Source: an uncultured virus (IMG/VR IMGVR_UViG_3300018428_002561) (taxonomy: Duplodnaviria > Heunggongvirae > Uroviricota > Caudoviricetes). From it: a stretch of 64,000 nt of DNA. A program made the position numbers and the translations under genes. This document shows positions 56,447 to 64,000 of the stretch, one piece after another. The notes beneath the pieces were generated by a model. It made no database searches, had not been told where the DNA came from, and worked only from the letters and a program-made list of their open reading frames with translations. Location of the stretch: the IMG/VR virus record IMGVR_UViG_3300018428_002561. One strand, 5' to 3'. Within the stretch, counting starts at the first letter, position 1. Every line of letters begins with the position of its first letter.

Positions 56447-58522
56447 CTAAGCATTGTCAGCAAATATAATATAGTTTACTGTAGCGAAAGGAGGCATAAT
56501 ATCTAGCTCTAAGCCCAATCCACCACTTCTATAATTACCTTGTCCATCTGTACCGCCCTCGTCAATAGGACCACTACTTGGAATACCACTTGTAGTTTGG
56601 GCTCCTTGTGCAATATTCAACGGTTGGTTAATACTGTTTTGTTCTGATACTGTATTATCTAGTATCGCATAGTGTTGTGTACCACCTGGTGATTTAAGAT
56701 CGTGTTCGTGATCTGGTAAGTGTTCTTTTGTAATGTCTTTAAATTCACTACCTGACGATTTACCTACTTCGTCAGCATTTGAATTTGTTGTAACATCTGC
56801 AGGTACTCCGCCCATACTATCCATACCGAGTAGGAATCTGCCTCTAAAATCTGGTAGGGCAAAGTGTGTAGTACTCGGATTTTGGAATGTTGGATCTGAA
56901 GGACTTTTAAACTTAAATCCAATTACATCAAATAAATTGGATGCCTCTGTTTTTTTAATTTCTCTACCGTCACATAAGTACCAACCAGGAGGTGCTACAT
57001 CACCGCCAAACGGTGCAATCATTCCAATTGGATTTTTTGGCACACCTTTTAATAGGTTTGATTGAGAAATTTTAAATAAACCTTGATCACCTTGTGTTCT
57101 GTTTATAAGTAACTCATCTCCAGTTTGTGTTGTTACTACAACTTGTTTAGAAGCAATAAACTGGTTACTAAGTTCCGTAGTAAATGTTTGATTTAATGAG
57201 CCTGCACCATCAAAGGTAATTTCATTTGAACTGACGTCACCTTCCATTTTGAATACAGTTTTATTATTTAATTTTGCTGCACTCGATGCTGTACCAGTAA
57301 TTGTGCCTGAAACACTACCTTTAAAAAATCCTTCAAACGTGTCTGCTTTAACAGTGCCGAAACCTTCTATGTTAGGCTTGGTAAGTGCATCAGGATCTGC
57401 AACAATATTATTGCCTATATTTGTTTGTCCTTTTACAGTTAAATCTGCTCCTACTTTAGTATTTTTTGCAATACTAGCACCACCTGAAGTAATTATTGCA
57501 CCTTCTGTTAATACATCATTAAATGAATTATCTGCATCTTCAGTGCCTGCTACTTCTAAATTACCTGAAAATTTGCCGCTACCTGTTACATCTAATGGTA
57601 CTTGAGGATTGGTATTATTAATACCTACATTAGTATCTGATTTTATCTGTACTACAGTTTGCTCGCCTTGATCATTTTTTACTTTCAATGCAAGACTAGC
57701 ACCATTAAAATTACTCTTTACAACGCCGCCTTCGCCTGATGCTTCAAGTGCTAATTGCGCATTTGCACCAACTTGTACACCTTGATTGTTTTTTACATAA
57801 AGTGTACCATTTGCGGTTGTGTTAACATCTGCACGTAAAAAATTAGAAGAACTAATATCATTGTTACCTATTCTCAATGCATCTGAAGACTGTGCTACTC
57901 CGTTATATTTGGCGTTGGTACCTGCTAAAGTTAAACTTGTTAAATTCATACCAGGCTTAATTTCTGAAAACCCTCTAATATTAACTTTAGGAATAAATTG
58001 GTCTTTTGACAGTATGATTACAGGAACAGCGTCAATTTCTATTTTTAATACGGTATAAGTTTTATCATCAGTACCTACTATTGTGTCTGGTCTAGTGCCC
58101 GATGTTAATCCGTCACTAAATTCAGGACCTACTAAAATCCAACTTGCTCCATTGTTTAAATAAAGTTGTTGGTTACTAGTATCTACCCATAAATCTCCAA
58201 TAACACTATTTCCAACTTCAGGTTGTGCGGCACCTTTTTTAACACCGCCTGACTCAACCCAGTTAGTTCCGTCATAAACTTTTAATGTATCAACACCTAC
58301 TGATGTATCATACCATGTTTGTCCTTCTACTGGGTTAGAAGGAGGATTATTATTTGCAAAATTTTCTAAAATATGTAGGAAGTTACTTGCTATTGCTTCG
58401 CCATACCCAGTTGTATTTCTTCCAGGTATAGCTAAACTTGTGTCAGAAGTATTAATTTCTCTATCTTCGACAATTATAGCACCTTTGTTTATGCTATCTG
58501 TAAACTGGATTTGGTAAGCCAT
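56447..58522 (-). CDS. short tail fibre-like protein with phage tail-collar domain
   Basis: Shared N-module; collar motif PIGMIAPFGG..APPGWYLCDG...FALPDFRGRF; HLPDHEH; MPPFATVNYII. Confidence 0.8.
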   Translation of the reverse strand: MAYQIQFTDSINKGAIIVEDREINTSDTSLAIPGRNTTGYGEAIASNFLHILENFANNNPPSNPVEGQTWYDTSVGVDTLKVYDGTNWVESGGVKKGAAQPEVGNSVIGDLWVDTSNQQLYLNNGASWILVGPEFSDGLTSGTRPDTIVGTDDKTYTVLKIEIDAVPVIILSKDQFIPKVNIRGFSEIKPGMNLTSLTLAGTNAKYNGVAQSSDALRIGNNDISSSNFLRADVNTTANGTLYVKNNQGVQVGANAQLALEASGEGGVVKSNFNGASLALKVKNDQGEQTVVQIKSDTNVGINNTNPQVPLDVTGSGKFSGNLEVAGTEDADNSFNDVLTEGAIITSGGASIAKNTKVGADLTVKGQTNIGNNIVADPDALTKPNIEGFGTVKADTFEGFFKGSVSGTITGTASSAAKLNNKTVFKMEGDVSSNEITFDGAGSLNQTFTTELSNQFIASKQVVVTTQTGDELLINRTQGDQGLFKISQSNLLKGVPKNPIGMIAPFGGDVAPPGWYLCDGREIKKTEASNLFDVIGFKFKSPSDPTFQNPSTTHFALPDFRGRFLLGMDSMGGVPADVTTNSNADEVGKSSGSEFKDITKEHLPDHEHDLKSPGGTQHYAILDNTVSEQNSINQPLNIAQGAQTTSGIPSSGPIDEGGTDGQGNYRSGGLGLELDIMPPFATVNYIIFADNA

Positions 58523-59142
58523 TAGCTATTTCCTCCGCTAAGACTTTGTACTCTTACAGTATAATCTACTTGTATAAGTCTGTTTAAACTCTTTTGTACA
58601 GGATGAAATATAACATGTGTTAATAGTCTTCCATTTCCTAATACTCCGTCTGAACTTGCACTACGTAATCCTAATTCGTCAAATACAAAAGCATTATCAG
58701 CATCTGATGCTGTATCAAATGCATCTTGTCCGTTAGGCTCACCATAATCTAGCAAGCAGGAAATAACTATATCTGTATAGTTTGTACCATTTAAATGTCT
58801 TGTTTCAATTCTGTTTCTTGTAGGATCGTTATTATCAGTATTTCTATCATCTACAATTTTACTAAATGTTTGGTTATATAGTCCTGCATTAGTTCCTGTA
58901 CTATTAGGTGTAAGATACGTAATAACACCTGTACTATCAATATTAGTACCGCCATTTCCAAAGCTCATAACCGCAATAGGACCTTGTCCAGCATTACCTA
59001 AACTTTCTGCAAGAGCAATACTCATGTTCTCATAGTGTATAGCATTCTTTTTGTTTACAAAAATTTCGCCTGACTTTGGATCATGTATCTTGATATGACC
59101 TTGTACATATACACCGCTATTTTCATTAATTTTGTTTGTCAT
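58522..59142 (-). CDS. virion structural protein (baseplate/tail-associated)
   Basis: GHIKIHD...KKNAIH, FDELGL, THVIFHPVQKSLNRLIQVDYTVR; within the structural operon. Confidence 0.6.
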   Translation of the reverse strand: MTNKINENSGVYVQGHIKIHDPKSGEIFVNKKNAIHYENMSIALAESLGNAGQGPIAVMSFGNGGTNIDSTGVITYLTPNSTGTNAGLYNQTFSKIVDDRNTDNNDPTRNRIETRHLNGTNYTDIVISCLLDYGEPNGQDAFDTASDADNAFVFDELGLRSASSDGVLGNGRLLTHVIFHPVQKSLNRLIQVDYTVRVQSLSGGNS

Positions 59143-59160
59143 TTTTTATTCCTACATGTG

Positions 59161-59166
59161 TATTTA
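59161..59166 (-). promoter_or_regulatory. putative late-promoter box TAAATA
   Basis: About 20 nt upstream of the ATG at 59142. Confidence 0.4.
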
Positions 59167-62100
59167 TTCGGGTAATTCACTTATTGCTCCGCGCAAGAAA
59201 TTACCAATGTCATTTTGAACATCTTTAAGTGGAGTTCCTGGGTCAGTCCACAATTTACCTACTTTCCTAATAACAATTAGCTTCTGATTTTCTTTCATAG
59301 GTTCAGTAAGTGTTAAAATATTACCGTTTACACTAAACTCTGCTGGTGTATTTACGTCACCTTGTGGCGAATCAATAGCCAATGTTGGATCAAACTTTTG
59401 TATAGCATTTTTGTTTAATCGTTTGCCAGCGGCAAACACTTCAAATTCATTAACGCTTCCAGGTACAAAGTCAAGTGTAAATTCAGTTTGTCCTTCAGTT
59501 ACAGGGTCTACTGGTGACCAAACAATAGTTTCGTCTTTGTAAGGGATATTTTTATCTATAGAGCCACCGTAAATTTTAGTTCCTACTGGATAAACTGGCT
59601 TTGCTCCTGTCCCTAAAGTTCCCCTTCTTAGTTGTCTAAGTTCGTTATTAGTTTTAGCAAAATATTCTATACGTTCGCCGTCAATCCATATTACGCCTGG
59701 CCTGTTAGCACGTTTGTCTGGGTTAGGTAAAAGCTCTGCGTTTTCTACTATAACTACTTTTAAGTCATCATATTTTAGATCTTGTGCTAATTCTATTCCT
59801 TGATTATTATCAACCCTCTTATAGTGTGTTCTATTCAATATGTCCTTGAATTGCTTCCATGCTATAGTCGGTGTACTAATAGGTGCTGTAAAATGTATTA
59901 CATCAACAACATCATTTTCACTTGGTTCGTTTACAAGATGTATTATTCTTCCGTTTGGATCTAGTTTATAATCAACTGTAGGTGTAAGCATATTACCATT
60001 CAACATAACCCAAACATATTCTACGCCTAATGCAGGTTGTTGTAATAAAATTCTTCCTGCTGTTAGAGCATGATATTTAGAATAATTTTCAGATCCAGGT
60101 GTAAGAGTACTTCTATTAATAACATCATAACTTATTCTATGAATATCCAAAACGTCATGATTTGTAAATGTATACACATTCATTACAGCGTCTTCAGCTG
60201 GGGCTGTTTCAAATACAACTTGATCACCAATTATATTGTATCCGCTGTTCCTTAAATATATGCTTAAAACATCTCCGTTACTTACTAGATTATTTTCTAA
60301 TATAATTGAACTTGTACCAATGTTAATTAGGTAGTCTTCAACTTGGGTAAGTTTAGATCCGTTTAAGTAAACTTCTAACTGAGCTGCAACAATACTCGAA
60401 GGTGGTACTTGGAATGTGTCTAGAGTATACTCACGAATTCTATCATTTGTGATTGTTAATACTTTAGAATAACCTGGCTTTTGTATAACTCCATCAATTT
60501 CTACAATACTAAAGAACTCTGCTGGTGTTGCATACTGAGATGCAATAGAAAGATTATAAACTGTACTCGAGCCGTCAGCAACTATAGAATCTTTATTAAC
60601 TTTACTGTAATTAATTTGTGTATTATTAGAATATATTTCATAATCAAGTCTTGTACCAGCTACTGGTGCAATTGGTGAAAACTTAAATTCTATAAATCCG
60701 TTGTCACTTTTTCTTGCAATTAACTCTGGACCGTCTGGTATAATACCATCTCGTCTTAAAAAGATACTGTATCTATCATTCCACATAATTTGTGTTTCGT
60801 AAATATCTTTACCATCTTCTGTAAGAATAGTTCCTATATCGATAATATTTTGCCCGTTAACTCCTATAGTTAATATAGTCAATATTTGATCTTGAGCCAG
60901 CGCATTGTTAAATGTTATTTTTAAATTTTTATAATCTACAGTATATTCTGATTTATCAACTATTGTATTACCTAATTTTACAATAACAGCATCTTCAGAA
61001 TTAGGAAGTAAACCTAAAGGATATTCTGTAGTACTTCCGTCTGTTAGATAATTTTGATTATAAACTTGACCTTGACCTTCACCTGTTCTTTCATAAACAG
61101 TAATATCAACACTATCTAAAACCTGTCCTGCTACTAATTCTTCAGGACCTTGGCTAGTAAGCGGAGTAACAAATAGATCACCGTCTAGTATTATGTCATC
61201 TGCATTTACGCCAGCAGCATTTCCATAATCTATAGTGCCTCCATCTAATTGTGTATCATATGAATCAGGATCAGGTAAGAAACTACCATCTGATGTAATC
61301 TTTCTTATAGTAAACACATCACCGTCATTTAATTCAATGTCGTTATCTGCTAAATTAATAATTGTAGTAACACCGTCGCCTGTTATTGTTTGTATTAGTG
61401 CATTTTGATTGTTACCATTTGGATATAACGGATCGTCAATTCTAATTGCTTGCGCTTGGCCAGCACGTTTTAAATAGACATTGTATACTATTTCATCTTC
61501 AAGTGGCTTAGATAACTCTACAGCAACAGTTGTACCATCAGCAATGAATACTTCATCTTCAAAAGTATTATCATAACTATCCCAAGTATCTGTACCATAA
61601 TCGTCTACCATCCAACCTGATGTGCCTTCGAAACCAAAACTTTTAACTTCAACGCCGCCGTAGTCAACACCTGTCATAAGCTGGCCTAAATTTTTGCCAA
61701 GCATTCCAGTAGTTGGACTATAAAGTTGATTAATTCTATCTTGTGCATTAAGCATCAAAGGATTCTTTTCATATTCAACTACAATAATGCTGTTTAATTC
61801 AGGTGCTGTTGTGAATTGAATTTGACCAAACTGTCTATTGTATGTGTAAGTTTTATCTTCTATATTTGAAAAAGTATATTGACTACGTAATAGTAATTCA
61901 CCGTTGACAGTAACCTTAACTTTATTTCTCTTTAAGTTCATAGGATACTTTAGTTGGAAAGTATCATTGATTGCTGTTCCTGTAAATGTTTCTGTTTCTG
62001 GCAATGACAGTATAAAGTACTCGCCTGAAACTCTATCAAATTTCATTTGAACATTTAGTGTTCTAACAACAGTTTCACCAATTTGTGCAGACGCAACGGC

Positions 62101-64000
62101 TGTTGTAGAATCATCTGCACCCGAACCTGATATTGTTACAGTTGGTGCGCTTAAATATCCAGATCCTGGATTAGTTACTATAATTTTAACTACTTTTCCG
62201 GCGCCTAAATACGCTCTTGCTGTAGCGCCGGTTCCGCCGCCGCCGGTAATTGTAACAGTTGGAGGAAATGTATATTTGCTACCTCCATCATAAATGTTAA
62301 TACCTACAACTTTAAATCCATTATTATCTTTCCAATTTTTTGCAGGATACTCGTCAAAGAATGCATCAACACCGATAATTTCATTATCAATAACTTTAAC
62401 AGGTTTTGTCTTAATTGCATTTTCACTAAAGTCATAGAATGGTGGTAAATCAAAATCTGCTGTAACTGTATTAGTATTTTCTAACTTATCATAAGAGCTT
62501 ACATATTCTCTAATATTAGTTTTGTAAGGTTTAACTTCTCTAATATAATCATTGTAACTACTTAAATTATCATTTTGATAATTAATTTTTTCAGTTAAGC
62601 CGCCAACATTATGTTTTGCTTTAACAAAACTAGTTTTGTAAACCCAGTCAACATTTTGCTGTTCAGATAGTACATATCTTATACTTGCAAAGAATAGTTC
62701 TTGCCATTTAATTTTTAAGTCATCAACAAAAATGTCATTCTTCAAAGCTTCTAATATTTTTCTTGCTTCTGTAACAGGCTCTGTATCAAAGAATCTATTA
62801 TCAAAACCTAATAAATCATAACCAACTGTATTTTCTACAACATCGTAAAGTTTGCTACTGATTTCTATAGTGCCGTTTTGTCTACCTATAGTTTCATAAT
62901 CAATTGTATAATCAGCACTGTTAGTATTCTTAATACGTTTAAGTAAGAGCCAACCGCCTGTTCCGATATTTGCAATTTTAACAATTTGTCCGATTTTTGC
63001 GTTTGCCGATAAAAGCTGATAACTTTCATCAACACGATGATCAATTCTAGTAAACTGATTAGTGTTAGGTGCATACCAATCAATATATTTCCAATATGCT
63101 GTTGTATCAAAACTTGAAGACAATTTTCTGTCCCATAAGCCCGAAGTTGCATTCCAACTGTAAATAGCCCACTTATTATCAACAGTAATGTCATTTTCTA
63201 CATAGATTGATACAGGTCTAACGGTAATAACAGTGTTTTCATCGTACCCTGTGCCGCCATTAATTATGTTTACTTTGTTAATTTGTCCTAGTGGATTAAT
63301 TTCTAAATTAAAATCTAAACCAGTACCTTTACCTACAACAGTAAAACTAGGTCCGTGTCTAACTGTTGAAGTTTCTATATTATAAGTAGGATCTGCATAT
63401 CCTCTACCTGTATTGATAATTCTGATATCAGTTACTACGCCGTTATGTACTGACGGTATTAAAGTTGCTTGTGCAATTTTGTTTGTACCAATAAATTGTA
63501 CTTCGTCCAAAGTGTCTACTTTGTAATCATAAAGTCTTTCAGTAACAAATGGAGGTTGATCAACGCTATTTAATGTGTCAAAACTAAAGTCATCAACAAT
63601 AATAGTTTCTTGCAAGGCAATATTAGCTCTTTCAATTACTTGCTTAAATGCTTCTTGTCTATTTACAAACCAACTTTGTCTAGGACTATTTAAATTGCCG
63701 TATTTGTCTGCAGGACTAAGTTCAGGATCAGGTACTGTACGACCCCTATCATCATAACCAATTAAACTATCAATCCATTTTCTTTCCAAATCTGCTCTAG
63801 GAACACTTGTTTCTAAACCTTCAGTGACCAATTGATATTCTAAATGTCTATTTTGCTCTTGTGTATCTTGCGTATAATAACTTACGTGCAGAGCTACTTC
63901 TTTATCTTTTATCAAACTTTCACCGTTGTAAATAACAAATCTGTTATCACTAAGTAGAGCAACAAACTGATATCCTTGTCCTCTTGGGTCTCCAATTAGT
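59164..64000 (-). CDS. very large baseplate wedge/virion protein (5' end beyond the window)
   Basis: Frame stays open from 63915 to the window edge; YIREVKPYKTNIRE, GSGYLSAPTVTISG repeats, IDGERIEY...LRRGTLGT. Confidence 0.7.
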   Translation of the reverse strand, partial: LIGDPRGQGYQFVALLSDNRFVIYNGESLIKDKEVALHVSYYTQDTQEQNRHLEYQLVTEGLETSVPRADLERKWIDSLIGYDDRGRTVPDPELSPADKYGNLNSPRQSWFVNRQEAFKQVIERANIALQETIIVDDFSFDTLNSVDQPPFVTERLYDYKVDTLDEVQFIGTNKIAQATLIPSVHNGVVTDIRIINTGRGYADPTYNIETSTVRHGPSFTVVGKGTGLDFNLEINPLGQINKVNIINGGTGYDENTVITVRPVSIYVENDITVDNKWAIYSWNATSGLWDRKLSSSFDTTAYWKYIDWYAPNTNQFTRIDHRVDESYQLLSANAKIGQIVKIANIGTGGWLLLKRIKNTNSADYTIDYETIGRQNGTIEISSKLYDVVENTVGYDLLGFDNRFFDTEPVTEARKILEALKNDIFVDDLKIKWQELFFASIRYVLSEQQNVDWVYKTSFVKAKHNVGGLTEKINYQNDNLSSYNDYIREVKPYKTNIREYVSSYDKLENTNTVTADFDLPPFYDFSENAIKTKPVKVIDNEIIGVDAFFDEYPAKNWKDNNGFKVVGINIYDGGSKYTFPPTVTITGGGGTGATARAYLGAGKVVKIIVTNPGSGYLSAPTVTISGSGADDSTTAVASAQIGETVVRTLNVQMKFDRVSGEYFILSLPETETFTGTAINDTFQLKYPMNLKRNKVKVTVNGELLLRSQYTFSNIEDKTYTYNRQFGQIQFTTAPELNSIIVVEYEKNPLMLNAQDRINQLYSPTTGMLGKNLGQLMTGVDYGGVEVKSFGFEGTSGWMVDDYGTDTWDSYDNTFEDEVFIADGTTVAVELSKPLEDEIVYNVYLKRAGQAQAIRIDDPLYPNGNNQNALIQTITGDGVTTIINLADNDIELNDGDVFTIRKITSDGSFLPDPDSYDTQLDGGTIDYGNAAGVNADDIILDGDLFVTPLTSQGPEELVAGQVLDSVDITVYERTGEGQGQVYNQNYLTDGSTTEYPLGLLPNSEDAVIVKLGNTIVDKSEYTVDYKNLKITFNNALAQDQILTILTIGVNGQNIIDIGTILTEDGKDIYETQIMWNDRYSIFLRRDGIIPDGPELIARKSDNGFIEFKFSPIAPVAGTRLDYEIYSNNTQINYSKVNKDSIVADGSSTVYNLSIASQYATPAEFFSIVEIDGVIQKPGYSKVLTITNDRIREYTLDTFQVPPSSIVAAQLEVYLNGSKLTQVEDYLINIGTSSIILENNLVSNGDVLSIYLRNSGYNIIGDQVVFETAPAEDAVMNVYTFTNHDVLDIHRISYDVINRSTLTPGSENYSKYHALTAGRILLQQPALGVEYVWVMLNGNMLTPTVDYKLDPNGRIIHLVNEPSENDVVDVIHFTAPISTPTIAWKQFKDILNRTHYKRVDNNQGIELAQDLKYDDLKVVIVENAELLPNPDKRANRPGVIWIDGERIEYFAKTNNELRQLRRGTLGTGAKPVYPVGTKIYGGSIDKNIPYKDETIVWSPVDPVTEGQTEFTLDFVPGSVNEFEVFAAGKRLNKNAIQKFDPTLAIDSPQGDVNTPAEFSVNGNILTLTEPMKENQKLIVIRKVGKLWTDPGTPLKDVQNDIGNFLRGAISELPE

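Noticed and set aside
48873..63757. Numerous 60-120 aa ORFs antisense or out of frame within the structural genes
   Set aside because: No SD or recognisable motifs; expected shadows of long, codon-biased genes
1..64000. Stop-codon reassignment or selenocysteine recoding
   Set aside because: Genes tile densely in code 11; TAA, TAG and TGA all end recognisable full-length proteins (folE ends in TAG, queE in TGA)
1..64000. tRNA, rRNA, CRISPR array, integrase/transposase, intron or intein
   Set aside because: None recognised by eye; intergenic gaps are short and known enzymes appear uninterrupted. tRNAscan-SE and Infernal were not run

Overview
AT-rich, densely coding 64-kb fragment of a large tailed dsDNA bacteriophage (T4-like or jumbo myovirus style), read in standard genetic code. 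Assignments come from motif recognition only; no database searches were run. Region 1 (1-10.2 kb, + strand) is a 7-deazaguanine DNA-modification cluster: a DpdA/TGT-family transglycosylase, a QueD-fold protein with the LxxxHRHxF motif of DpdL, FolE and QueE. Interleaved with these are a GT-B glycosyltransferase, a purine phosphoribosyltransferase, a HIT hydrolase, two cupins, an MBD4-like glycosylase and an RNase H/FEN nuclease. Region 2 (10.2-16.8 kb, +) holds hypothetical genes, a MoxR AAA+/VWA-metallopeptidase pair and a tail-fibre-like gene. Region 3 (16.8-48.5 kb, mostly - strand) is a ~32-kb island of tailoring enzymes between virion fibre genes. It has 7 AspH-like Fe(II)/2OG oxygenase genes (8 domains), 6 radical-SAM enzymes with auxiliary Cys clusters, a flavin halogenase, a minimal adenylation enzyme, GNAT, SGNH, kinase, phosphatase, 2 methyltransferases, a GDP-mannose 3,5-epimerase, a UDP-sugar dehydrogenase and about 7 glycosyltransferase-like genes. 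Region 4 (48.5-64 kb, -) encodes paralogous tail-fibre and baseplate proteins. Near-consensus sigma70 promoters, a recurring TAAATA late-promoter-like box, an RBS-sequestering hairpin and candidate leaderless mRNAs are visible. The best candidates for undescribed biology are the tailoring island (hypothesis: hydroxylation and glycosylation of virion fibres) and the extended deazaguanine cluster.
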